Below are positions 12,741 through 25,529 of a DNA stretch of 64,000 bases, one piece after another. The notes under the pieces are model-generated. The model saw only the letters and a list, made by a program, of their open reading frames with translations. It searched no databases and had not been told where the DNA came from. The stretch comes from Octopus vulgaris (lineage: Eukaryota): positions 114,142,001 through 114,206,000 of the forward strand of contig OX597820.1 of the NCBI GenBank assembly GCA_951406725.2, in the 5' to 3' direction. Position 1 is the stretch's first letter; each line of letters begins with the position of its first letter. Position numbers and translations under genes: made by a program.

Positions 12741-14935
12741 ATATGTATATATGCATACACACATACATTTCGTAGACTACGACTTCAGAAAAAGTATTTT
12801 TAGGATAAAATACACACAATATAAATGTTAACATATTAATTCATATAGTACCAACTAGTAAGTATATATTTAATAACGAACCATGTAATCCACACTCTTG
12901 AAAACGTATTCCTGTAAAATGTTGGGGTGGGGGTGAAATTTCCGTGGGTTCCACCCCCACCTCAACCCCTGTTTTCTGGACAAAACAAGTGATTTTGTAG
13001 CATATTAAGAGGCTACCGTAATTCATTGAATGTAAAAAAAAGAAACAAGCATTTTCCAATGATTCCGGGAAGGGGAATGGTGAAATTTTTGAGGGCCCTG
13101 AGGGCCCTCCCACCCATTTTCCAGATTAAAAAAAGTGCTTTGAGGTATATTAGGAGGTCACCACAATTCCTTCAATGCCCTCCAAAACAAATTTCTAACG
13201 ATTCTGGGATGGTGGGGGACTGCCCCCCCCCCCACTTTTTTCTGAACAAAAATAAGGGGTTTGCGGCACATTAGGGGGTCAGGGTACTTGATTCAATGCA
13301 AAAAATCCGAGGTTTTTCTTTTTCCCTAGTGAAATACACATGCAGTTGTACTTTCCAAAATTTACCATTATTTTCTATGTAAGCCCTTCGAAGTTACTTT
13401 AACAACTTTATCATTCAAATTTAAATAAATGTTGTTATTAAAAAACTTAAATATTTAAAAAAAAAAAAAAGAAAACTGAAAATAAAATACTAACAGGTTA
13501 TTAAACAAATTATTTTGTAAGTGACTTTATTAAATTTGTTCCGCTTACTCTGGAAACCTAAATCAATTTTCATATTTTCCCGGAGTTTTAGTTTAGTTAA
13601 TTATCCTGCAGATGTATGTCCCTAAAACCAAAGTTCACCATTAATTGACGCTACTTTAGTGAAGGATTACGATCCAATGCATTATGTCCATATGATGTGA
13701 GGATGTGTGTGACATGACGGAGATTTAGTGCTTATTTGAGACAGGTTGAACAACCACTTGTGTATGTAGAAGGTGGGGTGGCTTAGAAAGATGCAGGCTT
13801 GCAGAATATTGTGTACATTAAATCATGATCATGATGATGATCATCATCATCGTTTAACGTCCGTTTTCCACACTAGCACGGGTTGGATGGTTTGACCGGG
13901 GTCTGGGAAGCCAGAGGCTGCACCAGACTCCAGTCTGATCTGGTAGTGTTTCTACAGCTGGATGCCCTTCCTAATGCTAACCACTCAGCGAGTTTAGTGG
14001 GTGCTTTTTATGTGCCACCGGCACAGGTGCCAGGGGTGTCTGGCAGCGGCCACGATCGGTTGGTGCTTTTAACGTGCCACCGGCACGGAAGCCAGTCAAG
14101 GCGGTGCTGGCATCGGCCACATTCAGATGGTGCTTTTTACGTGCCACCAGCACAGAAGCCAGTCGAGGCGGTGCTGGCATCGGCCACGTTCGGATGGTGC
14201 TTTTTACGTGCCACCGGCACTGGCATCGGTCACGTTCGGATGGTGCTTTTTATGTGCTACTGGCACAGGTATCACAACTACTATTTCCATTGATATTTAT
14301 TTCGAGATACGTTGGTTAATACATAGTTTAAGACCTGGTCATGAAAACTATATTAACCTTCAGTCTCGCTGTGTGGCACCTATACTATAACCTCAGGTCC
14401 ACCAAAACCTTGAAAGTAGATTTGGTAAACGGAAACTGAAAGAATGCTGTGTGTATGTATGCATACTCTTTTACTCTTTTTATCTTTTACTTGTTTCAGT
14501 CATTTGACTGCGGCTATGCTGGAGCACCACCTTTAGTCGAGCAAATCGACCCCCGGGACTTATTCTTTGTAAGCCCAGTACTTATTCTATCGGTCTCTTT
14601 TGCCGAACTGCTAAGTGACGGGGACGTAAACATACCAGCATCGGTTGTCAAGCAATGCTAGGGGGACAAACACACACACATACACATATATATATATATA
14701 TATACATATATACGACAGGCTTCTTTCAGTTTCCGTCTACCAAATCCACTCACAAGGCATTGGTCGGCCCGGGGCTATAGCAGAAGACACTTGCCCAAGA
14801 TGCCACGCAGTGGGACTGAACCCGGAACCATGTGGTTGGTTAGCAAGCTACTTACCACACAGCCATATAAGAATTTTTTGCATAATGAGATAAAAAACCA
14901 AGGCTGTGTAGATATTAGAACATTTATAGATAAAA

Positions 14936-14988
14936 TGTCTTACAGCTGTTTCCAGGATATTTATTAATTATATCCTTCATCGGAGATG
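14936..14988 (-). ncRNA. Degenerate hammerhead ribozyme motif (core CCGAUGA)
   Basis: Minus strand reads TCT-CCGATGA-AGGATAT..ATATCCTG-GAAA-CAGCTG-TA-AGA; stem I is only 3 bp. Confidence 0.6.
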
Positions 14989-15613
14989 GTGTGGTGTGTG
15001 TGTTTCTCCCCTATCACTGCCTGACAACCGGTGTTGGTATGTTTACACCCCTGCAACTTAGTGGTTCAGCAAAAGGAACCGATTGAATAAGCAGTAGGCT
15101 TAAAAAATAAGTCTTGGAGTCGATTTGTTCAACTAAAACTTTTCAAGGCGGTGCTCCAGCATGGTCGCAGTCAAATGACAAATATATATATATATCATTT
15201 GTAGAAATACATAAATCTGGAGGAGAAGCACACTCTAAGATGTAGAGCAATTGCTGGCCAACCATGTCTGGCAATTATGAGACGAAGAGATTCCATGCTT
15301 GATTGCATTTGTTTGTTCCTTCTCAAGCCATGCCTGGCTCATAAGGGCCGGTTTCCCGGTTTCTTTGGCGTATAGGTTCCCCACCTGGATGGGATGCCAG
15401 TCCATCGCAGGTGAGCTGCAAGATGCAAGAGGAAAGAGTGAGAGAAAGTTGTGGTGAAAGAGTCAGCAGAAGTTTGCCATTACCTTCTGCCGGAGCTGTG
15501 TGGAGCTTAGGTGTTTCGCTCATAAACACACACATTGCCCGGTCTGAGATTCGAACCTGCGATCCCTCGACCGCGAGTCCACTGCTCTAACCACTAGGCC
15601 ATGTGCCTCCACC

Positions 15614-16030
15614 TTGATTTCATGGAAAATACTCGAGAACCCAGGCCCCTACATCAACAGGACAAAACAGTGCAAGTTATGCATTGCTGAATGCATGAGG
15701 ATCCTTAAAGATTTGCTTGTGCCATGGGTCATCCTGAATTCCAGGATGGAGATTTTTGAACCATGTCTGCATTTTAGAAAATTCCGAAGGAAGACAATTG
15801 TTTTCTTCCGTGGTGCTTTGGTGACCACAAGATGGCAGCACGGTCGATGATCGATGAACAAAGGCAAAGGGAGATAATTACCTGGAGTTTTATCCTTAAA
15901 AACGATGCGTTTCCCCCACCATATTTTAAAGAGGTCTCAGGCCAGCAGTGTTTTGGGGCCTGAAGATATGCTGTAAAGCTAAGACCCTTATGAGCTAGAA
16001 ACCTAGGGTAACCCCATAAACTGGCCTACC
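15614..16030 (+). mobile_element. Penelope-like retroelement 3' remnant (C-terminus of GIY-YIG endonuclease plus terminal repeat)
   Basis: ISWKIL...PY...KQCKLC..E..IL...LNSR.EIF..C.H..KF matches the Penelope C-terminal Cys/His pattern; followed by a hammerhead motif. Confidence 0.75.
15951..16020 (+). ncRNA. Hammerhead ribozyme motif in a Penelope terminal region
   Basis: GGGGC-CTGAAGA-(31 nt)-GAAA-CCTAGGG-TA-ACCCC, lying just downstream of a Penelope endonuclease remnant. Confidence 0.7.
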
Positions 16031-16472
16031 CCACTATGATATATATGTGTGTGTGTGTATTTCTCCCCTATCACTGCTTGACAACCAGTGTTGGTATGTT
16101 TACACCCCTGAAACTTAGCGGTTCAGCAAAAGAAACCGATTGAATAAGCACTAGGCTTAAAAAATAAGTCCTGGGGTCGATTTATTCGACTAAAACTTTT
16201 CAAGGCGGTGCTCCAGCATGGTCGCAGTCAAATGACTGGAACATGTAAAAGAATAAAAGAAAAAATATATATATCTTGTCAATGCATCAGATATCCGAAA
16301 AAGAAGCACACTCTGAAGCATGGAGCAGTAACGTATTTATCGGTAGTTAAGTCTACGTCTGGTCACAGAGTAAGAAATGGTTTCACATCCACAAAGAGCT
16401 TAGCCCCCGTGGATGGCTCCACAGACTCTAAAACTGAAGACCTGGAAGGCAGGAATCTGTGACGGATATATA

Positions 16473-17139
16473 CAATGTGTCCATAAAGTCATTATGGCAT
16501 TTCAAAACTATTGATGTAACTTGAAACACTGCACATTTCAAACACATGTTGAATATGAAACCAACCAATAAACTTTACTCACGTTTCTTCAGAACTTTGT
16601 GAACAGTGCTCTTCTTAGGGCCTACTTGCTTAGCGTAGACATGCACTGGTTTCTTTGAATTCCGTAGGTAGACGTCCCTTATAGCCTCAATAGACTCAAT
16701 AGTCACTCATCGGTAGTCTGCTGGAAGGTTTTGCAACCAGCAAGCTGCCAGTTTCCTTAAACTGGCGATTCCAACGGCGAATGCTGTTTTGATGTGGTGG
16801 CTCATCATTAAACACGCGACTATATTCATGACAAACACATGTCATGGATTCAAATTTCACAAGCCGAAGAATGCATTGAATTTTCCTTTACACTGTCCAC
16901 ATCTTGACAGATGAATCGGCTTGACTTGCTGTCATTTGTACCCGCATTTTCTTCACTATCCGACTGGAGTATCAATTGGGTGTATGTAGGGCAACAGATG
17001 GAAGCCACACTGAACTGCGCTAAACTGTACGCAAACTTTATTAGCTGGTCTCATTTAAGAGGTATATGAAATGTGTAGTGTTGGAAGTTACATCAATAAA
17101 TAATTTTAAAATCCCACCAAGACTTTAACGGACGCACCA
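16473..17139 (-). mobile_element. Tc1/mariner-superfamily deletion derivative with N-terminal HTH (DUF4817-like)
   Basis: TA-flanked imperfect TIRs (GTGTCCATAAAGTC / GACTTTAACGGACGCAC); remnant PPHQNSIRRWNRQFKETGSL...STVHKVLKKR. Confidence 0.7.
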
Positions 17140-19017
17140 TATATTATCTTTTGTCAGAAGAGAGAAGGTAGTGCCCATGACCCGTTACAAGACCTCCGAG
17201 ACAGGTGGGAATGAGGAAGGTATCCTCAAACCGGTACGTTACAACAGGATGGATTTTGCTAAAAACATCCAAGGTGTTAGGTGGTGGTGTTAAGCCGGGC
17301 GACACAGTATGTCTACCACCTTTGTAGACTATGATGGAGTTTGAATTCAGAACACAAACAACAAGAACAATTATCAGTCCGATGTACTTCAATTCCGCAA
17401 ATCTATTGCCCTAGATAGATAGACAGCCTATTTTTTAGTCGACCCCGAAAGGATGAAAGACAAAACTGGCCTAATAGACATGAGACCATAAATTTAAAAA
17501 TAGAAAATCGATTATCCTTCCCCCTACACACATACATACCCAGTATTTGACTGGTACCTGGAAGGATGAAAGGTGCAGTCCATCACGGCGAAATTCGAAA
17601 AACGTAAGGAGCAGCACCTGAATTCCGCTCCAAACATTTTGCAGTGCCCTGCTCCAAACGTTAGTAAGGTTTCTGTGTATGAGTATGCACAAGGCGAACA
17701 ACGGGAAGCTATCTGGTTGAAAAGAGAAAACTTTACAAGGGAAGCATGAAGAAGAAATGTCTTTCGGACATACGGGGAGAGGGCATTATTTGATATTATC
17801 GATCCCAGTATTTGACCCCGAAAGGATAATAGGTAAAGTTGACCTCGGCGGAATTTGAACTCAGCACGTAGAGATGGAAGAAGTGCTGTTAAGCATTTTG
17901 CATGATACACCAACCATTCGGCCAATCTAACGCCTTTTACTTTCCATTACAGGCTCAAGATCTGAAATTCTGGTGGAAGGAATTAGTTGATTACATCGAT
18001 CCGACTGCGAAAGCCTTTAATAATAATAATCCTTTCGTATCTGGCATAAGGCCAGCAATTTTAAGGAAAGTGGATTAATCAGTTACATCGAGTCCAATGC
18101 CTGACTGATACTTTATTTACTCGATTCTGGAGACATGAAAGGTAACAACAGCAGGGTTTGAACTCGGAAGGTAAGAGCCGGCAGAAACACCGCAAAGTAT
18201 TCTGATTTTTGCCAATGTACTGCTATTTCTTCTGACACTTTACGTTCTGAGTTCGACTTTGCCTTTCATCTTTCGAGATCGATAAAATAAGTTCCAGTTG
18301 AGCTCCGGGGTCGATGTAATTGACTAGCCCACCACCACCAAATTTCAGGCCCTGTATCTATACTAGAAAAGATTATTATTATGACAGACCGTTGACAGAG
18401 TGTTGGCAGAATCCTTAGCGAGCTGGATGTAATCCTTAGCGGTATTTCATCCGTTGCTACGTTCCGAGTTCAAATTCCGCCGAGATCGACTTTGCCTTTC
18501 ATCCTCTCAGGGTCAATAAATTAGGTACCAGAGAAACATTGGAGTCGATTACATCGACTAGCCTCTTCACCCCCAAATTTCAGGCCTTGTGTCTATTGTA
18601 GAAAAGATTATGACAGAACGAGTAACAATTGGGCATTTTAAATGTGGCAGTGTAAGGTAGTTGAAGGCATAATCCCAATTTTGGTATTACTAGATCTATC
18701 ACACTAAATTGAAGGGGTTAGGACGATCTTTATAGAAGTTTCCTTGACGAAGAGACGTCTCAATGACTAGTTTGGTTCAGATGACCAGCAGAAGAATCGT
18801 TAAGGCTGCTGGTGATAATAATGATACCGATGCTGAATTGTTAATCAAAACAGAAATAAGAGAGGATCACCTTTGTCGGAAGTGTTGTATAAATTCACAG
18901 ACAAAACCATCAATGTAAAGTAATACTGCATGAATGGAGGGGAAGAAAATTATTATGAGTCCTAGGAAGTGAGGAAAGACCTATTTTCAAGTAGCAATAG
19001 ACAGAAGGAAAACTTAC

Positions 19018-19174
19018 TTTCACACCAAATCTTACGGTGCCATACCCTTAGGTGACTCCTGAGGTTCGTGTTAGAGCGATGGTATCGAACATTCCTGCCA
19101 CATATCTTACAAAAGGCATCCTGAGCACTGACAGCCGTGAAATAATTCCAAACTATGCATGTTTTCCGTCGCAT
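19018..19174 (-). CDS. First coding exon of a BED-type zinc-finger protein
   Basis: MRRKTCIVWNYF...AFCKICGRNVRYHRSNTNLRSHLRVWH has the BED pattern (W-x2-F, C-x2-C, TNL-x2-H-x4-H). AAAATG start context and GAAA|GTAAGT donor after 19018 (phase 1). Confidence 0.8.
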
Positions 19175-19249
19175 TTTTCACTGTTTACTCAAAATCGCAA
19201 AACAAAGAAAACTCGGAATGCTGAAACGAAAATGAAAGTATTCCGATAT

Positions 19250-19296
19250 TTGTGTGTGTGCGTGTGTTTGTTTGTGTATCTCTCTCTCTATCTCCC

Positions 19297-19327
<31 letters not shown>

Positions 19328-19374
19328 GTATGTATATATGTGTGTATGTATATATGTGTGTATGTATATATCTA

Positions 19375-19407
<33 letters not shown>

Positions 19408-19435
19408 GTGTATGTGTGTATGTATATATCTATAT

Positions 19436-19502
<67 letters not shown>
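19250..19502. repeat. Compound (TG)/(TA) microsatellite just upstream of the BED-finger start codon
   Basis: Direct reading. Confidence 0.95.
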
Positions 19503-19506
<4 letters not shown>

Positions 19507-20044
19507 GAAATGAGGTACTCAGAAAATCGGATGGCTTTATATTTACAGATATTTATTTGTATATTACATTTTTTATACATCATATAACTTAGATCATGTA
19601 TTAGCGCTTTCTCCCATTCTAGTGGGGTTTTCAAATCAAACTAAGTTCCTGTGTGAAAAGTTTTGACCATTTTATAGTGGTATATAAATGGTGTGAAGTA
19701 TTTTGGGTTATACAAATGATTATTTCTGTTTAGGTAAAATATAACATAAAATCTATTGTTGTTATTTAGAGTGTCGGAAACATGCTTTGCGGTAGTTATT
19801 CAGGCCCTTTATGTTCTGAGTTCAAATCGCACTTAGGTCAACTTTGCCTCTCGCCTTTTTGTTGTCGTTAAATTGCAGAACCAGCCAAGTACTAGAGCCA
19901 ATGTAATCGACAAACCGTTTTCCCCCAAAATTGGTATCATAGTTCCTAAAGAAGACCCCATTATCATTTCTTATACATACAATATATATGTGTATATATA
20001 TATATATATACAACAATATTAAGGAATGGCCTTGATAAGCCATT

Positions 20045-20192
20045 CGACCCACTTGAAAGAGCAGCTAAACTCAAACCGCTAAATAGTTGTAATTCAGAAA
20101 AGCAAAGGAAAATAATGTTTTTATTTTCCTTTGCTTTTCTGAATTACAACAAATTCAGCGGTTTGAGTTTAGCTGCTCTTTCGAGTGGGTCG
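20045..20192. repeat. Inverted repeat, about 70-bp arms, 5-nt loop
   Basis: CGACCCACTTGAAAGAGCAGCTAAACTCAAACCGCT...AGCGGTTTGAGTTTAGCTGCTCTTTCGAGTGGGTCG. Confidence 0.92.
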
Positions 20193-21053
20193 GTTGACTA
20201 TTTTTTCTTTCTCATTGGACCGCTGGTGGCGAAAAATTTCTCTTGAATTTTTTGCTACCCTGATATTGATTAATATATATATATTATGGTTATTTGTTTT
20301 GCGCATTTTATCTAAGTTTTTTTTATTGTCTTCATATATTGTGTAACTCCTGTCTCCTGTTTCCGTGGAGCTGATATTTGTACATCCCCGTCATATCCTT
20401 GGTAACACGTTGCTGCTCATAAATAAACGAACTCTTGTTTATCAAAAAAAGAATGCGATTTATTATGTTATTAAATACATGTAACATAGGACTTGAATTA
20501 AAGTTACTTCTAAAATAGAAATTGTGTTTGACGAATAACGAAATGCTGTAACTTCATTCCTATTGTTTTCGTGCTTTTAGTTGTTTCCACATCATATGCC
20601 TATCTATGTTTTCACTATGGAAATATTTCCCTTTCATTCAATTTTCCAACTGCTTAAATGACATAACTATTTTTAAGAATAGAAAATAAACATTAAAAAC
20701 TGAAAGTGAATTTTTGAAATATAGCTGCTATACTGGATCAGTTGAGATAAAGTAGGCTTTGATCACGAAGGAGAAAAATAAAATCGATAATAAACTCTTA
20801 GTGATTTTTAAAAAAAATTATTTTTTAAATATAAGCGTAATATATCTTTATACTTTCCACTATTATTTAAATTTCGTTATTTTTTCTTTTTTTTTTTTGT
20901 CCAGATGTTTAAAGATATATATGTGTGTGTGTGTGTGTTAAAGTTGGCCAATGTGATTTGTGACTCCAGTAGTGCGAGGTAGGTTCTGTGTGAGGGAAAG
21001 AAACACCTGGGGGAGAAAAAAAAAAACAGGTCATTGCTACTACAGGTTAGAAA

Positions 21054-21090
21054 ATGTCCACGATGTCTGAACCACTTACATTAGAGAAAG
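21054..21090 (+). CDS. LIN7: LIN-7 homolog coding exon 1 (MSTMSEPLTLEK)
   Basis: AAAATG start and AAAG|GTATTT donor. Translation resembles the LIN-7 N-terminus (EPxxLERD) and joins exon 2 in frame. Confidence 0.9.
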
Positions 21091-21450
21091 GTATTTTCAT
21101 TTCAGTTTTATATATTTATAATATGTATACATATATTTTCTGTACATCAACCGTACGCATTTAGTACACCTCTATTTCTCGTATTCTAATTCTCTAACAT
21201 ATATTTATCAGGTTTATTTATTTACTTCTAAACTCAACTTTTAAGCAATTATGACACCTTTACCCAGGACGTCGTCTCTTCTCTATCGAATCACCGATTA
21301 TTTTTTTATACCGATTCTTCTATTATTGTATTTTATTTACTAAACTCTAACACATTTTCATTGATGTTTATGCGGCCTACTTGCATTCATAATAATACAT
21401 ATAATACACAACACATAATCCGAAATATTAACATGTGTATATATAAATGA

Positions 21451-21519
<69 letters not shown>

Positions 21520-24500
21520 TTATATACATACACACGCAAATCCATTTTACATGTGTTATATGTATTTGTATACTCATACACGTATCATTGAATGAATATA
21601 TTTGACAATTTAGTTTCTGATGTTCTGGGGGAAAAAAAAAGTAAATGAGATGGTCACGACAGGGACGCTTTCCACTACAGATCGGTTCTCTCAGGAGCTA
21701 AACAACAACTAAGTCTATTTCTAACAAATGTAGAATGGCTTCTGTGTGGTCGCATGATTTGCTAGAAATAACAGTTGAATCTCCCCATCCTTCAGATCAC
21801 ACCCTCCTGTCTTGAAATAGGAAAGGACAATTAAATACTGTACCTAATGTCTTATGTATACGAAATGACGAGATATATAATAAACTCAGTGAAAGCGTGT
21901 ATTGTTATTATTACTCACACATATCTACCTGATTTCTCTAGATAGCTTGTGTAGTGATTCTATTTTCACGTTAACATACCCATCTGCAACTTCTGCGAAG
22001 GGTTCGATTCCCGCCCTACATACACATTCAATTGCTTACATTTTACTTTTCATGGTGACGTCCTTTTAATTGTTTCAACTAATTTTCCAGAAATAGTTTC
22101 TATGTCAGGCATGACAATTGTACAAAATGACAGGCGTTACATTCCTCTGTGTGTCATAAGGAGACAATTTGTCGTTATCGTTTTGTAGGTATTTAGAATT
22201 ATCTGAATTGTTGGAACATCTTATCAAACTAAAATAAAAGGCAGAGTGCAAAGTTTACCTTTTGAGATTTCAAGAAATATACTTATTAATAAAACACTTG
22301 TTTCTTATATGAAAATAATAACTCTACTTTGAAAATGAAATTCACTTTTTAAAATTCATTATGAAAAACATTTCTGATTGCACTGGTTTAATTTAGGTTT
22401 TAGAAATTAATAATTTTAAAGCCTCATGAATCTGAAAATAATGTGATAATTAAAATAAAAAGGAAATGTTCGTTAATCATTTCAGCTCTACTTCCTGCTT
22501 AGGGTTAAACATTCCAGAATGCTTGTATTTTTCGACTAATACATATACATATATATATATAATATAAAATAAATATAAGAGAGTGGTCACTATATGGCTC
22601 ACTCTAGCACCAGTTAATCCAAAAGGTTTCAACCACAAAAATACATGTTTCCCATGAAAGTCAGTACGATGCTGCATTTATAATTAATTAATCATATATA
22701 TATATATATATTATATATATAAGCTGGCAGAATCGTTAGCACGCTGGGCAAAATGCTTAGCAGCATTTCATCCATCTTCATGTCCTAAATTCATCCGTGT
22801 TCACCATCTGTGGTCGACTTTGCCTTTCATCCTTTTGGAGTTGATAAAACAAGTACCAGTTGAGTACTGGAGTCGATCTAATCCACTCAACTACTCTCTC
22901 TAAATTGTTGACCTTGTGCCCGAATTTGAAACATTTAAGAAACAGACGCCCTTCAGTCATAAATGACCATGAGATTGCACCTCAAAGGTTCCCCTCCAAG
23001 GCACAAGTCTGGGCAAGGTTGTTTATGGAAGCCCAGCAGTCGCTCATACATACCAGCCTTTCCACGCCACCAATGGTATCCAAAGGAAAGGCAACGGCTC
23101 ATAGAGCTCGGCACCAATGACAGCGCAACTTATTACTACAGCTCAGTGAACTGAAGGAATGTGAAATAAAGTGTCTTGCTAAAGTCTAGGAATTGAACTC
23201 ACAACCTCTGAGCCATGTGCCAAAATTTGAAACAATTATTATCATTAATGTGGAGAGCTGGCAACAGTTTTTGCACGTTGAGTAAAATGTTTAGGGTTAT
23301 TTTTTTCCAGCTCTTATGCTAAGCTCAAATCTTGTTGAGACCAACTTTGCCTTTAGTCCCTCTGGAGTTGAGGAAGTAAAGTACCAATCAAGTACTGGGA
23401 TCGGTGGTAAAGACTTACCCCGTCCTAAAATTGCTGGTCTTGTGTCACAATTTGAAACCATTATTTGAAATCAGAAATCATTAGAGAAGCAGAATCATTT
23501 GAACATTTGAAAAAAAACATACTTAGTAGTATTTGTTCTGGCTCATTGTGTTACAAGTTCAAAACCCACTGAGGTCAACTTTGTCTTTCATCTGTTCAGG
23601 TTGATAAAATAAAGCACCAGTCAAATATTGGGGTCAATGTAATCAACTAAGCCTAATTCTCCCCCTAAAATTACAGGCCTTCTGTCAAAATTTGAAGCAC
23701 AAAGATAGCAGGTTGAGAGAATCGTTTGAGTATCAAAGTACTTGGTGATATTTTTTTTCTGGCATTTTACATTCTGTGTTCAAATAATGCTGAAGTCTTT
23801 TCCTTTTCATCCTTTCGGTGTCAATCAAATAAGTACTTAGAACATAAAAAACAAAATGCAAAGTAAAATGAGATAAGAGATGAAAAAGTAACAGTATTAC
23901 TTGATGACTAATCTATATTTGCATTTGCAAGTATGAGTTTTAAGTGTAAGATATCTTTTCACCTTCTTATCGTCATCATCATCATTTAACGTCCGTTTTC
24001 CATGGGTTGGACGGTTTAACTGGGGTCTGGGAAGCCATGGAGGCTGCATCAGGCTCCAGTCTGATTTGGTAGTGCTTCTACAGCTGGATGCCCTTCCTAA
24101 TGCCAACCACTCCGTGAGTGTAGTGGGTGTTTTTTACGTGCCACTGGCACAGGGGCCAGAGCAGGCTGGCAAACAGCCACGATCAGTTGGTGCTTTTACG
24201 TGTCACCGACACAGACGCCAGTCAGGCGGTGCTGGCATCTGCCACATTTAGACGGTGCTTTTTATGTGTCATTGGCATGGGTGTCTTAACTACAATTTCC
24301 ATTTGAATTTTTATTTTGATGTTGATGTACTTGACTCAACAGGTCTCCTCAAGAACAGCGGGTCACTCACAGCAAGCCGTCCTGCGAGCCATGCACTCAC
24401 TTCATTTGCCGGGTCTTCGAAGTCACAACATATCTCCAGAGGTCTCGGTCTTTCGTCATAGCCTCTGTACAAAGGTCATGCTTGACCACCTTGTCCCATG

Positions 24501-24929
24501 TCTTCCTGGGTCTACCTCTACCCTGGATTCCTTCAACAGTTTGGGGGTGGCACTTCTTCACACATCTTAACATGTATGAGTAATTTTCTTTGATTCTATA
24601 ACTGACATAATCTTTAAGGTAACATGTTAGTACTATCCTTAAGGTTGCATATATGTCTGTGTGTGTAAAATCTTTATTCTTATATATTTAGATGTGTTTA
24701 TATCTCTCACATGTATATGTATTTCTCTTTGAGAGAGTGTAGTGTGATCTTGCATAAATCATATTATTTTAATCATTAAACATTTGTTGGATGCTGGCAT
24801 GAGATGGATGGTTTGACAGGAGCTGCTAAGGTCGGGAGTCATACCAGGTTCCATTGTCTGTTTTGGCATGGCTTCTTCAGCTGGATGCCCTTCCTAACAC
24901 CAACCCCCTTTACAGAGTGTAGTGGGTGC

Positions 24930-25510
24930 TTTTTACATGGCACCAGCATCACTGCTTTTTATGTGACACCAGAAATGGTGCTTTTTACATGGCATCAGTG
25001 TCACTGCTTTTTACATGGCACAGGCACCAGTGCTTTTCATGTGGCACAAACATCAGTGCTTTTCACATGGCATAAGCACTGGTGCTTTCCACATGACACA
25101 AGCACTGGTGCTTTTCATGTGGCACAAGCATCACTACTTTTTACCTGACACCAGCACTGGTGCCTCTTACATGGCATTAGCATCACTGCTTTTCATGTGA
25201 CCCGAGCATCACTGCTTTTTATGTAGCACCAGTGCTTTTCATGTGGCACCAACATCAGTGCTTTTCATGTGGGACTAGCATCACTGCTTTTCATGTGGAA
25301 CCAACATCAGTGCTTTTCATGTGGGACTAGCGTCACTGCTTTTTATGTGACACTAGTATCACTGCTTTTTATGTAGCACCAGTGCTTTTCATGTGGCACC
25401 AACATCAGTGCTTTTCATGTGGGACTAGCATCACTGCTTTTTATGTGGCACCAGAACCAGAGCTTTTTATGTGACACCTGCACCAGATGCTTTTCATGTG
25501 GAACCAGCAC
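24930..25510. repeat. Minisatellite, about 21-bp unit (TGCTTTTCATGTGGCACCAGCATCAC-like), expanded inside an RTE tail
   Basis: More than 20 degenerate head-to-tail copies are visible. Confidence 0.85.
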
Positions 25511-25529
25511 TGATAGGGTCATCAAAAAT

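Larger units (their letters stand above)
19175..21053. promoter_or_regulatory. Divergent (head-to-head) intergenic/promoter region between the BED-finger gene and LIN-7
   Basis: The two start codons are 1.88 kb apart on opposite strands; CCAAT near 20948. Confidence 0.55.

Noticed and set aside
13980-14270. Repeat-spacer-like pattern resembling a CRISPR array (also at 24930-25510)
   Set aside because: Units are degenerate tandem repeats of the RTE 3' UTR with non-unique spacers; eukaryotic context and no cas genes.
19052-19634. 100-150 aa ORFs rich in YI/CV (similar ORFs at 60507-61267 and 61929-62501)
   Set aside because: Translations of dinucleotide microsatellites.
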